This document shows positions 32,785-42,650 of a stretch of DNA of 64,000 nt, one piece after another. The notes under the pieces were generated by a model, which worked only from the letters and a program-made list of their open reading frames with translations, made no database searches and had not been told where the DNA came from. Position numbers and translations under genes: made by a program. Numbering within the stretch: the stretch's first letter is position 1; the number at the start of each line of letters is the position of its first letter. The DNA lies in assembly GCA_900299145.1 (NCBI GenBank), contig OMIN01000031.1, forward strand, positions 249 to 64,248, in the 5' to 3' direction. The stretch is from Betaproteobacteria bacterium. Its GTDB lineage: Bacteria; Pseudomonadota; Gammaproteobacteria; Burkholderiales; SG8-41.

Positions 32785-33666
32785 TCACCCGGCCTTGAAC
32801 AGGCCGCCGGGCTTCCACAGCAGAATCAACGCCATCAGCACGTAGACCAGCACGCCGGCGGCTTGCGGCAACAACACTTTGCCAAAGGTGTCGACAACGC
32901 CGATCAGCAGTGACGCCAGCAGCGCGCCACGTATGGAACCGATGCCACCGATCACCACCACCACGAAACAAACAATCAGCACCTGATTGCCCATGCCCGG
33001 ATAGACTGACGACACGGGTGCGGCGAGCATGCCCGCGAATACGGCCAGCGCAACGCCGCCCGCGAACACCACGCGATAGAGCCGTGAAACGTCGATGCCG
33101 AGGTTTTGCACCATTTCGCGGTTGGTGCTGCCAGCGCGTATCCGCATGCCGAGCCGCGTATGCCGGAATAACCAGTACATCGCCAGAGCCAGTACGATGC
33201 ACACGCCGGACATGAACAACCGGTAGACTGGATAAGTCATGACGTCTCCCAGCGGAATCGATCCGGCCAGCCATTCGGGCGCTTTGACGCCGTGCACATC
33301 GTCACCAACGATGAGACTGCGCAGTTCCTCGAATACCAGAATGAGGCCGTAGGTCATCAGCACCTGTTGCAGGTGTTCACGTTCATGAAGGTAACTGAAG
33401 AACGCCCACTCCAGCACATAACCCAACGCCACGGCGAGGATCACGCCCACTGCTAGCGTCACGAAAAACCCGCCACCCAAATGGCCCTCCACCCAAGGCG
33501 CCAGTGCGTAGGCCATGTAGGCGCCGGTCATGTAAAAACTGCCGTGCGCAAGATTGATCACGCCCATGATGCCGAAGATGAGCGTGAGCCCGGAAGCCAC
33601 CAGAAACAGTAAAAGGCCGTATTGCAGCGCGTTCAGATACTGAATCAGAAAAGTCGCGGTGGTCAT
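32785..33666 (-). CDS. LIV-type ABC permease (LivH-like)
   Basis: SGLTLIFGIMGVINLAHGSFYM, GGIGSIRG. Confidence 0.93.
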   Translation of the reverse strand: MTTATFLIQYLNALQYGLLLFLVASGLTLIFGIMGVINLAHGSFYMTGAYMAYALAPWVEGHLGGGFFVTLAVGVILAVALGYVLEWAFFSYLHEREHLQQVLMTYGLILVFEELRSLIVGDDVHGVKAPEWLAGSIPLGDVMTYPVYRLFMSGVCIVLALAMYWLFRHTRLGMRIRAGSTNREMVQNLGIDVSRLYRVVFAGGVALAVFAGMLAAPVSSVYPGMGNQVLIVCFVVVVIGGIGSIRGALLASLLIGVVDTFGKVLLPQAAGVLVYVLMALILLWKPGGLFKAG

Positions 33667-33777
33667 TTCACGGTCACTACTGGCTCACACGCGTGACCCA
33701 CCACACGGACAGAGGAAATGCCCGCAGTCCACGCGGCATGATGTTGTTACTTAACTATCTGATTTTATTAAATATTT

Positions 33778-34947
33778 TTACTGCATCGAGCAACCGCGCC
33801 CAGGGTCGGCAAGCGCCTTGATCGCCACGCCGGCTGGTTTGTTTTCCTTGCCGACCACCTGACGCACATAAAAATCCTGCACCGGGTTATGGTTCTTCGA
33901 CAGCGTGAAAGTCCCGCGCGGGCTGTCGATTTTCGCTTTGCGCAAGGCCGCGGAAAAGTCGGCTTTCCTGCTGATGTCACCCTTCGTACCCGCAAGTCCG
34001 GCGGCGAGCATCTGCGCGGCGTCGTAGCCCTGCACCGCGTAAACATCCGGCGGCAGGCGGTAGGTTCGCACGTACGCCACGCGGAACGCATTGTCACGCG
34101 CAGTGCCCAGACCATCGGCGTAGTGCAGCGTGGTATGGATGCCTTCGGCATCCGTGCCCTGCGCTTCCAGCGTGCCGTCGGTGAGGAAGCCCGCCCCATA
34201 AAGCGGGATGGATTTTTTGAGGCCGGCCGCCGCATAATCCTTGACGAATTTCACCGCACCGCCACCCGCAAAAAACGTATACACCGCGTCGGGTTTTAAC
34301 GCGGCAATTTCCGTGAGCAAGGCCTGAAATTCGACATTCGGAAACGGCAGACTCAGTTCTTTTACCACCTTGCCGCCCGCTTTCTGGAAGGAATCCTTGA
34401 AGCCCGCGATGGTTTCGTCGCCAGCTGCATATTTCCAGGCGATGGTCACGACATTCTTGTGGCCGCGCTTGTGCACCCAATCCCCCATGGCATAGCCCTG
34501 CTGCCAGTTCGAGAAACTGGAACGGAAAATATTCGGTGCACACATCGGGCCGGTCACCGCATCCGCTCCGGCGTTGGGCACGATCAGCAGCGTGCCGCTA
34601 TCCTTGGCCGCCTTGGCCATGGCCATGGCGACACCGGAATGCACGGTGCCAATCAGCACATCGACGTTGTCGCGCTTGATGAGTTTGTTGACATTGTCGG
34701 TAGCCTTGGAAGGCTCCGACTCGTCATCCACCTTGAAATACTGGATGTCGCGCCCGCCGAGTTTGCCGCCCTGCTCCGTCACATACAGCTTGAAACCGTT
34801 TTCGATGGCCGTACCAAGGGCCGCGAATGTGCCGGTGGCGGGCAACATCAGGCCAACCTTGAGCGGCGCCTGCTGCGCAAAAGCGGGTAACGCCAAGGCC
34901 CCTGCCGTTAGCAGTGCAGTCGCGTGCAGTTTGAACATGGATTTCAT
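33778..34947 (-). CDS. LIV-type ABC substrate-binding protein (resembles aromatic-acid-binding subgroup)
   Basis: KVGLMLPATG, DDES, GTVHSGVAM, HTTLHYAD; signal peptide. Confidence 0.9.
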   Translation of the reverse strand: MKSMFKLHATALLTAGALALPAFAQQAPLKVGLMLPATGTFAALGTAIENGFKLYVTEQGGKLGGRDIQYFKVDDESEPSKATDNVNKLIKRDNVDVLIGTVHSGVAMAMAKAAKDSGTLLIVPNAGADAVTGPMCAPNIFRSSFSNWQQGYAMGDWVHKRGHKNVVTIAWKYAAGDETIAGFKDSFQKAGGKVVKELSLPFPNVEFQALLTEIAALKPDAVYTFFAGGGAVKFVKDYAAAGLKKSIPLYGAGFLTDGTLEAQGTDAEGIHTTLHYADGLGTARDNAFRVAYVRTYRLPPDVYAVQGYDAAQMLAAGLAGTKGDISRKADFSAALRKAKIDSPRGTFTLSKNHNPVQDFYVRQVVGKENKPAGVAIKALADPGRGCSMQ

Positions 34948-35095
34948 GGAAATTCCTAAAAACTAAACCGGGCGTCGAGTATACCGATTCCCCGTGCGGC
35001 GGCGCTACTCGCAGCTGGGCAGACGCATCAGGAGGCCCCCCGCAACGACGGGCGCTGTCCCGGAGCAGTCTTCGAGAAGTTTTCCCGAAAAGTTT

Positions 35096-36070
35096 CTACT
35101 GCGGCTTGATGCCCAACTGATCGATCAGCCGTCCCCAGCGCTGTGACTCAGATTTGATCAGCGCAGCGAATTGCGCTGGTGTGCCGCCCACCGCGACTCC
35201 GCCGATCGCCGCCAACCGCTCATTCATGTCCGGTGATTTGACCAACCTGTCGATCTCACCTTGCAGACGCTCGATCGCTACGCGCGGCGTCGCAGCGGGC
35301 GCGACAAAACCATTCCATGAAATCGATTCGTATTTCGGCGCACCGGATTCAGCGATGGTCGGCAGGCCCGGCATCAGCGGCGAGCGCTGCGCGGTGGAAA
35401 TCGCCAGTGCGCGCAGCTTGCCCGCCGCGACGTGCGGCTTGGCGGTCGTGATCTGATCGAAGGCCATCGAAATTTGCCCTGCGATCAGATCGGGGATCAT
35501 CTGCGAGCTGCCTTTATAAGGCACATGCGTGAGCTTGATGCCAGCCTGTGTGGCGAGCATCTCGGCGGAGAGATGCGTGGTCGATCCCACGCCTGAAGAC
35601 GAATAGTTAAGCTCGCCCGGGCGTGCCCGCGCCAGCGAGAAAAAATCCTTCATCGACTTCACCGGCAGCGATACCGGCGTCAACAGCAGCAGCGGCAAAT
35701 TCACCACGTGCACAACCGGCGCAAAATCGCGCTCGGCGTCATAGGGCAATTTCATTTCGAGCTGGTGGCGTATCGCCAAAGAGCCGGCCCCCGCCAGCAT
35801 CAGCGTGTGCCCGTCCGCCGGCGCTTTCGCCACCAGATCAGCGGCAATCACGCCGTTCGCGCCCGGACGATTCTCCACGACAATCTGCTGACCCAGCGTA
35901 TCCTTCAATCGCTCCGCCACCAGCCGCGCCGTGACGTCCATCGAGCCGCCGGGCGACAGGCCAATGACAAAACGCAGCGTGCGCGTGGGAAAGCCCTGTC
36001 CCGCGCCCGAGGATTGCGCGATACCCGTGCCCGCATAAGCCAGCATCAGCAATGTGCTTACGATACGCAT
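35096..36070 (-). CDS. Bug/TctC substrate-binding protein
   Basis: FPTRTLRFVIGLSPGGSMD, VENRPGA, ADGHTL; start at MRIVS. Confidence 0.92.
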   Translation of the reverse strand: MRIVSTLLMLAYAGTGIAQSSGAGQGFPTRTLRFVIGLSPGGSMDVTARLVAERLKDTLGQQIVVENRPGANGVIAADLVAKAPADGHTLMLAGAGSLAIRHQLEMKLPYDAERDFAPVVHVVNLPLLLLTPVSLPVKSMKDFFSLARARPGELNYSSSGVGSTTHLSAEMLATQAGIKLTHVPYKGSSQMIPDLIAGQISMAFDQITTAKPHVAAGKLRALAISTAQRSPLMPGLPTIAESGAPKYESISWNGFVAPAATPRVAIERLQGEIDRLVKSPDMNERLAAIGGVAVGGTPAQFAALIKSESQRWGRLIDQLGIKPQ

Positions 36071-36271
36071 CCCGTGTTCCTTCATAACCTGTAATTGTTC
36101 AATCTGGCCCGACACGTCCCACACACGATTTTGTCTGCGTGTAAGTAGCACGCAGCTCCCCATTTTGCCCTGCAATTTGGTGGATGGCGGGTGTTTCTTG
36201 CAGCACATCCGCTAACCACTGTTGAGACGGGCGAACCCTGTCGAAATCCTATAAACTCTTTCGCCCTTGAG

Positions 36272-36326
36272 GTTTCCGATGAGTTTCCAATAGGTTTCCA
36301 GTGGGTTTCCAATGGCTCTCCAAAGG
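36272..36326. repeat. 11-bp period tandem repeat (GTTTCC x4 plus a degenerate fifth unit)
   Basis: GTTTCC at 36272, 36283, 36294, 36305; CTCTCC at 36316. Confidence 0.85.
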
Positions 36327-36479
36327 CTCCGGTGGGGCCACTGGTTTCGTTGTGTTTGGCCGCGCGCTACTCTCGCCAAAGCAGCACTACGTCAAGTAAT
36401 AAATAATTCAATAAAATCAAATAGTTATAATGAATTCGCGCACGCCCGGCGCGTTCATTTATTCACCTCGACAACAGCA

Positions 36480-37763
36480 ATGCCGCTCGACTCCGCCACG
36501 CCTGCAGCCGCCAGCGCAACCTGGATTGCGTTGGCGCCGCACGATATGGCCCACGGTAGCTGGCGGGTTGTGGACAGCGCAGGAAAGTCTGACACATACA
36601 CCAGCGGCACGCTTGCCGCCGCCGTTAGTCATAGAGGCCGCACGGGCAACGATACGTCCGTCTGCGCGTCCATCTGTGTTATCGCACCGCTGTCGCGCTG
36701 CATCGTCATGGCAACGGATTTACCTTTGCTTACCGGCCCCCGCTTGCAACTGGCGCTGACCGGTGCTCTGGGCGACCGTTTGAGCAACAGCGGTGTTCAG
36801 CATTATGCCGCAGCGCCCGTCGAGAACGGCCGCATCCGCGAGGCGGCCGTTTGCGATGCGCAGTGGCTGCGCCAGTGTCTCGGGGCGCTGGCGGAGAGCG
36901 GTGTTCGGGTTGCCCGCGTCGTCCCCGAAGCAGCGCTGCTGCCCAAGGGCTCTGCATGGTGGGGCCAGCTTCAGGCCGATCAGCCGCCGGCGTGGCTGGT
37001 GCGGGCGGCCAGTGGCGAGGCTGTACGCGTGGCGCCGCCGCTACTTGATGCCGTGTTGCCACCGGCAGGCGATGCCATGAAGAATCCGTGGCAGTGTTTT
37101 GCCGACCCCGCATGCGCGGCGCCGCCCGCGCGCGAGGGCGTACACGTTACGCCGCTCGCTGCAGCTGCCCTGCTGCGGCGTGGAGTGCAGACCGCGAAGG
37201 ACGGCTGGGACCTGCGCCAGTTTTCTTTTGCTCCGCCCGATGGCGCGGCGCGCGTCCTGCAATGGGGTGCGGAAATGTTGCATCAGCGCAACGGGCGCTT
37301 CGCCTTGGGTGCATTGCTGTTGTTGCTTGCGGTGAACGTGTTGGGCCTGAATCTTTACGCCATGAAGCAGCGGCATGAAATCCGTGAGCGCCACGCCGAA
37401 ATGGAACGCATCGTGGCACAGGCCCTGCCCGGCGCGCCGCGCGTGCTGGAACCGGCCTTGCAACTGGAAGCGGCGTGGCAACGGGTATCCGGTGGCGCAG
37501 CGGCATCCAGCGCCGGCACACTGCTCGCACTTTTCGCGCAAAGCGGCAGCGCGCCCTCCCTCACGGCACTCGACGTTTCTGACCGTGCGCTGCGCGCGGG
37601 ATTTTCCAATGCCACCGCGCTGGAGCGGGCGGTGGCGGCGTGTCAGGCAGCGACCACGCAGGAAATCCTGCGGCGCGCGGGGGCGAGCTGCGTGCGTGAC
37701 AATGAACAGCTGTTGCTGGAATTTGCGGGCGGTGATGCGCGCAAGGGCAAGGGTAAGAATTAG
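36480..37763 (+). CDS. gspL: Type II secretion protein GspL-like
   Basis: Actin-like cytoplasmic domain (LQLALTGALGDRL, RVVPEAALLP), TM, periplasmic tail; operon context; start estimated. Confidence 0.75.
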   Translation: MPLDSATPAAASATWIALAPHDMAHGSWRVVDSAGKSDTYTSGTLAAAVSHRGRTGNDTSVCASICVIAPLSRCIVMATDLPLLTGPRLQLALTGALGDRLSNSGVQHYAAAPVENGRIREAAVCDAQWLRQCLGALAESGVRVARVVPEAALLPKGSAWWGQLQADQPPAWLVRAASGEAVRVAPPLLDAVLPPAGDAMKNPWQCFADPACAAPPAREGVHVTPLAAAALLRRGVQTAKDGWDLRQFSFAPPDGAARVLQWGAEMLHQRNGRFALGALLLLLAVNVLGLNLYAMKQRHEIRERHAEMERIVAQALPGAPRVLEPALQLEAAWQRVSGGAAASSAGTLLALFAQSGSAPSLTALDVSDRALRAGFSNATALERAVAACQAATTQEILRRAGASCVRDNEQLLLEFAGGDARKGKGKN

Positions 37764-37775
37764 GGCCGATATGCC

Positions 37776-38234
37776 ATGTTGACCCGTTACTGGAACAGCG
37801 CAAGCGCGCGCGAACGGCTGATGCTGGCGGTGATGGTGCTGTTCGTGTGCGGCGCGCTGTTGTTCGCGGTGCTGGTGCGTCCGGCATGGCGCTTGGTGCG
37901 CGATGCACCGGCTACGTTGCAAACGCTCGACGCCAAAGTGTTGGCCATGCGCGCACAGGCGGCACAACTGCGTGCGGCGCCCGCGGCTTTGCCAACCGTA
38001 GCCACTCAACCGGTATCGGCCGAACGCGAATTAAGCGGCCCCGGCGCAACGGTCAGCGAAGCACGCGACAGCAGCGGCGCCACCACGGTCACGTTAAAAA
38101 ACGTCGATGGCGCAAAGCTCGGCGCGTGGCTGGCACGGCCCGACGTGCAAAAGCAGTTGCAGCGGGTGAGCGTTACGCGGGATGCCACCAGCGGCCGCAT
38201 ATCCGGCAGCATGGTCTTAAGCCTAACTAACTGA
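37776..38234 (+). CDS. gspM: Type II secretion protein GspM-like
   Basis: W...SARERLML + TM + coiled segment + ferredoxin-like tail. Confidence 0.75.
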   Translation: MLTRYWNSASARERLMLAVMVLFVCGALLFAVLVRPAWRLVRDAPATLQTLDAKVLAMRAQAAQLRAAPAALPTVATQPVSAERELSGPGATVSEARDSSGATTVTLKNVDGAKLGAWLARPDVQKQLQRVSVTRDATSGRISGSMVLSLTN

Positions 38235-38246
38235 TTTATAAGCACA

Positions 38247-39089
38247 ATGCGGTTTATGGCGACTGTGACTGCCGCGCTGGTTTTGACCCTGATTCTTCTG
38301 GCGGCGCTGATTTATGCAGCGCCAGCGGCCTGGCTTGCGCGCTATATCTCCGAGGTTTCGCAAGGCCGTGTGCTGCTGGCCCAGACGCGCGGCCTGTGGC
38401 ACGACGGTAGCGCATTGTTGGTGCTGACGAGCGGCGCGGGCGGTGCCGATGCCGTTCACTGGCCCCGGCGCGTGACGTGGAGTGCCACGCCACGAACCCC
38501 TCTGCGCTGGTCGCTGCGGTTCGATTGGCCGGACGCCGGCCCGCCGCTGCCTGCAACCCTGACAATCGGCTTCTCCGGTTGGGCACTGGATGCCGGGCCG
38601 TGGCGCGGTGCCGTGCCGCTCGCGGCTTTCAGCGGGCTGGGCGCGCCCTTTAATACACTGGCGCTGGAAGGCGAAGCACAGATCGCCCTCGGCACACTGC
38701 ACTTTGCTTCGGCGGGCGCCACGCAAAACACCGCGCCGAACGTGGAAATCACCGTCTCGCAATTGCGTTCGGCTCTGGCCCAGGGCGTGGTACTGGGCGA
38801 CTACGCCGTGCGCGGGCAGTTTGGCACGAAAGGCGGCTCGGCCAGCGGTACGTTTACCCTGTCCACGCGGCAGGGCGCACTGCTGCTGGACGGACATGGC
38901 CAGTGCACGCTCACAGAGGGGGCGGGCGGATCGTCAGCCCGAATATCCTGCGGTTTTAACGGTACCGCGCGCGCGGCGCGGCACGATGACGCGTTACTTG
39001 GTAATCTATTGGGCCTGCTCGGGAAAATTCAGCCTCAGCCCCAGGTTTCATTCAGCGGCAACTCGCCGGTTACGGAACTCCGATGGTAG
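38247..39089 (+). CDS. gspN: Type II secretion protein GspN-like
   Basis: APAAWLA...RGLWHDGS, LGAPFNTL, LGDY, GALLLDGHG. Confidence 0.8.
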   Translation: MRFMATVTAALVLTLILLAALIYAAPAAWLARYISEVSQGRVLLAQTRGLWHDGSALLVLTSGAGGADAVHWPRRVTWSATPRTPLRWSLRFDWPDAGPPLPATLTIGFSGWALDAGPWRGAVPLAAFSGLGAPFNTLALEGEAQIALGTLHFASAGATQNTAPNVEITVSQLRSALAQGVVLGDYAVRGQFGTKGGSASGTFTLSTRQGALLLDGHGQCTLTEGAGGSSARISCGFNGTARAARHDDALLGNLLGLLGKIQPQPQVSFSGNSPVTELRW

Positions 39090-41206
39090 CCACTTTTCAC
39101 ACAACCGCCCGGCGCCATGCCGGGTGTCTCACGCGCGCCTTGCGCCGGCTCGCAACGCTGCTCATGCTGGCGTGCACAGTGGCGACTACGGCGCACGCCC
39201 AGGATGTCACGCTTAATCTGATCAACGTTGATATCGAATCTGCCGTACGCACCATCGCGCAGGCGACGGGCCGCGACGTAGTGGTCGACCCGCGCGTCAA
39301 GGGCACGGTAACGTTGCAATTCGAGCGGCCGCTGTCGCGCGCGCGCGCGTGGGAGGCGATACAGGCGCAGTTGCGCGTGGCCGGTTACACCATGACCGAG
39401 GTCGCCGGCGTGTGGCGCGTGATTCCCGACACCGAAGCCAAGTTGCAGGGGGGGCCGGTGGGTGCGAACAGCTCGGTGCCCGGCGCCGCCGATCAGATCA
39501 TCACGCAGGTGTTTCGCCTGCAACATGAAACCGCCGCGAATTTGCTGAACGTGGTGCGGCCGCTGGTGGCGCCGAACAACGTGGTAACCGTGACGCCGGG
39601 CACCAACTCGTTGGTGGTCACCGATTATGCCGAGAACGTGCGCCGCATTAGCCGCCTGATTGCGGTGCTCGATATGCCGCAGGCAGGCGAAATCGAAATC
39701 ATGCCGTTGAAGCACGCGACGGCATCCGACCTTGCCACGCTGGTGTTGCGGCTGCTGGAACAGCCGGGGACGGCGGGCACAACGCCGCCCGCCCCCGGCA
39801 CAAACGGCGTGGGCGGCGCGGGCAATGCCCATGGCGTGAGCATTGCCGCCGAGCCGCGCTCCAACAGTCTCATTGTGCGCACTTCGGGCGGCACGCGCCT
39901 TGCCGCCGTGCGCGATCTCGTCACGCGGCTCGATCAGCCAACCGCAGGCAGCGGCAACATTCATGTGGTGTATCTGAAAAACGCCGACGCGATCAAGCTC
40001 GCGCAGACACTGCGTTCGGCTTATGCCGGCGGCAGCGATCCGCAGCCCGCAGCTGGGTTGGGGCTGACACCGCCGGCTTCCACTGGCGCGGGCATCAGCA
40101 CGACCCCGCCAAGGCCCGCTACAACGTCAGCCCCCGTCACCGGCGCGTCCACCAACGCGAGCGGCATCAGCATTCAAGCCGAACCCGCCACCAACTCGCT
40201 GCTGATCTTTGCACCGGAGCCGGTTTACCGCCAATTGCGTCAGGTCATCGACAAGCTCGATGCCCGCCGCGCCCAGGTATATGTGGAGTCGCTGATCGTT
40301 GAAATCAGCGCTGACCGCACTGAAGAGCTCGGCGTTCAATGGCAGGCATTGATAGGCCGCAGCCTCAGTGGCACCAATTTCAGCAGCGGCGGCAATAATG
40401 TACTGAATCTTGGCACGGCCATCCTCAATAGCAACACCAGCACCACCACCCTGCCCGGCGCAGGGCTCAACCTCGGCGTGGTACACAAATTCAGTGGTAT
40501 GTACTCGCTCGGCTTGCTGACACGATTCTTTGAAACCAGCGGCGGCGCAAACATTTTGTCGACACCGAATCTGCTGACGCTCGACAACGAGGAAGCCCGC
40601 ATCGTCATCGGTCAAAATGTGCCGTTTCTGACCGGGCAATATGCGCAGACCGGCACAGCCGCGTCGGTAACACCTTTCCAGACCATTGAGCGGCGCGACG
40701 TCGGGCTGACGCTGCGCGTAAAGCCTCAAATTTCCGAGGGCGGCACCATCAAGTTGACGGTATTTCAGGAAAGCTCCAGCGTCGCTGATACCGCGTCCAC
40801 CAGTGGCCCCACCACCAACAAGCGCTCCATCGAATCCACCGTGCTGGTGGAAGACGGACAGACCATCGCACTGGGCGGCTTGTTGCAGGACAGCGCCAAC
40901 GCCGCAGAGGAAAAGGTGCCCGGGCTGGGCAGTCTGCCGGGCGTGGGTCAACTGTTCCGCTACGACACACGGCGCCGGCAGAAGACCAATCTGATGGTGT
41001 TCCTGCGCCCCGTGGTGCTGCGTACGGCTGAGGCAGCGGACACGCTGATGCAGGATCGCTATCGCACGCTGCGCGAGCAGCAGGGTGCGGCCGATCCGCG
41101 CTCGCGAGGCGGCATCGCGTTGCCCGAAACGCCTTCTCAGGCGGGGCAGACACTGTTCCCCGCGCCGGCCGTCACCTCCCCCGCGCCAGCCCCCACCGGC
41201 AAATAG
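39083..41206 (+). CDS. gspD: Type II secretion secretin GspD
   Basis: VVVDPRVKGTVTL, N domains, QVYVESLIVE, NILSTPNLLTLDNEEA, KTNLMVFLRP. Confidence 0.95.
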   Translation: MVATFHTTARRHAGCLTRALRRLATLLMLACTVATTAHAQDVTLNLINVDIESAVRTIAQATGRDVVVDPRVKGTVTLQFERPLSRARAWEAIQAQLRVAGYTMTEVAGVWRVIPDTEAKLQGGPVGANSSVPGAADQIITQVFRLQHETAANLLNVVRPLVAPNNVVTVTPGTNSLVVTDYAENVRRISRLIAVLDMPQAGEIEIMPLKHATASDLATLVLRLLEQPGTAGTTPPAPGTNGVGGAGNAHGVSIAAEPRSNSLIVRTSGGTRLAAVRDLVTRLDQPTAGSGNIHVVYLKNADAIKLAQTLRSAYAGGSDPQPAAGLGLTPPASTGAGISTTPPRPATTSAPVTGASTNASGISIQAEPATNSLLIFAPEPVYRQLRQVIDKLDARRAQVYVESLIVEISADRTEELGVQWQALIGRSLSGTNFSSGGNNVLNLGTAILNSNTSTTTLPGAGLNLGVVHKFSGMYSLGLLTRFFETSGGANILSTPNLLTLDNEEARIVIGQNVPFLTGQYAQTGTAASVTPFQTIERRDVGLTLRVKPQISEGGTIKLTVFQESSSVADTASTSGPTTNKRSIESTVLVEDGQTIALGGLLQDSANAAEEKVPGLGSLPGVGQLFRYDTRRRQKTNLMVFLRPVVLRTAEAADTLMQDRYRTLREQQGAADPRSRGGIALPETPSQAGQTLFPAPAVTSPAPAPTGK

Positions 41207-41219
41207 CGCCACGACCCGC

Positions 41220-42632
41220 ATGGCGTTGCCCCTGCAATTTTGCCGCCAGCACGGCATTGCCGCGACCAGCACCCCCGCTGGGCTGAAACTGCTGCTTTCG
41301 CCGCAGGCGGGCGCTGCGGCCATCGCGGAAATCGCGCGCTATCACACCATCGCTGAAATCAAGCGCGTGCCACTGGAAACCGTCGAACGGGAACTAACCC
41401 TGCAGTTTTCGCAGGGTGCGAATGCCGCTGCGGCGGTGGTCAATGAAGTCGAAGGCGATGCCGATTTGCAACGCCTGATGCAGGGGCTGCCGCCGGTGGC
41501 CGATCTGCTCGACGGCGCGCATGACGCTCCGATCATCCGCATGCTCAACGCGCTGACCACGCAGGCCGCGCGCGACGGCGCTTCCGACATTCATATCGAG
41601 CCGTATTTCGACACCTCCGCCGTGCGCTTTCGCATCGACGGCACGCTGCGCGACGTGGTACGCCCGCACAAGGGCCTGCACGCGGCACTGGTATCGCGCG
41701 TAAAGGTGCTGGCGGATCTGGACATCGCCGAAAAACGCCTACCACAGGATGGCCGCATCGGCCTGCGGCTGGGCGGGCGCGGCTTGGACGTGCGCGTGTC
41801 CACCATCCCGTGCGCGCACGGCGAGCGCGTGGTGTTGCGGCTGCTTGACCAAGGGCAGGCCCGGCTGGGCATGAAGGCGCTGGGCATGGCGGAAGACACG
41901 CTCACCACCTTCCGCCGGCTGGTCACGCTGCCCAACGGCATCGTGCTGGTAACGGGGCCGACCGGTTCCGGCAAGACCACCACGCTTTACGCCGCGTTGC
42001 AGGAAATCGACACCGCCAAACTCAACGTGTTGACGGTGGAAGACCCGGTCGAGTATGAATTGCCCGGCATCGGCCAGACACAAATTAATCCGCGCATTGA
42101 TCTGACGTTCGCGCGCGCACTGCGATCGATCCTGCGGCAGGACCCGGACGTGGTGATGATCGGCGAAATCCGCGACGCCGAAACCGCGCAGATTGCCATT
42201 CAGGCCTCACTCACCGGCCATCTGGTGCTGGCGACCTTGCACACCAACGACGCGACGGCCGCCATCACACGGCTGATCGACATGGGCATCGAGCCGTTTT
42301 TGCTGGCCTCGTGCCTGCGCGGCGTACTGGCGCAACGGCTGGTACGCTGCCTATGCACCGCCTGCAAAACCTCGCGCGGTGACGGCACGTCAACAGCAGC
42401 AGGCTGCGACGCCTGCGGCATGACCGGTTTTGCCGGCCGCACCGGCGTCTTCGAGTTGCTGGAAGTCGATGCGGCCTGCCGCGCGGCCATTCATCAACGC
42501 GTGGCGGAGTTGCAGCTACGCGAGCGCGCCGTCGCGCAGGGGATGCGCTCGCTTCAGCAAGATGGACAACGCCTGTTGCAGTCCGGCATCACCTCGGCCG
42601 AGGAACTGGCATTTGCAACGCGCAGTGAATAG
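41220..42632 (+). CDS. gspE: Type II secretion ATPase GspE
   Basis: ASDIHIEP, RLPQDG, GPTGSGKTTT, TVEDPVE, GEIRD, CxxC/CxxC. Confidence 0.96.
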   Translation: MALPLQFCRQHGIAATSTPAGLKLLLSPQAGAAAIAEIARYHTIAEIKRVPLETVERELTLQFSQGANAAAAVVNEVEGDADLQRLMQGLPPVADLLDGAHDAPIIRMLNALTTQAARDGASDIHIEPYFDTSAVRFRIDGTLRDVVRPHKGLHAALVSRVKVLADLDIAEKRLPQDGRIGLRLGGRGLDVRVSTIPCAHGERVVLRLLDQGQARLGMKALGMAEDTLTTFRRLVTLPNGIVLVTGPTGSGKTTTLYAALQEIDTAKLNVLTVEDPVEYELPGIGQTQINPRIDLTFARALRSILRQDPDVVMIGEIRDAETAQIAIQASLTGHLVLATLHTNDATAAITRLIDMGIEPFLLASCLRGVLAQRLVRCLCTACKTSRGDGTSTAAGCDACGMTGFAGRTGVFELLEVDAACRAAIHQRVAELQLRERAVAQGMRSLQQDGQRLLQSGITSAEELAFATRSE

Positions 42633-42650
42633 CGCTTTGACGCACAACGC

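Noticed and set aside
30345-34947. LIV-type ABC cluster as novel
   Set aside because: Standard five-gene architecture, all intact; substrate not inferable from sequence alone
36272-36326. Possible CRISPR array
   Set aside because: Units are 11 bp and contiguous, with no spacers and no cas genes; no CRISPR array seen anywhere in the window
40127-41323. 398-aa - strand ORF
   Set aside because: Antisense shadow of gspD
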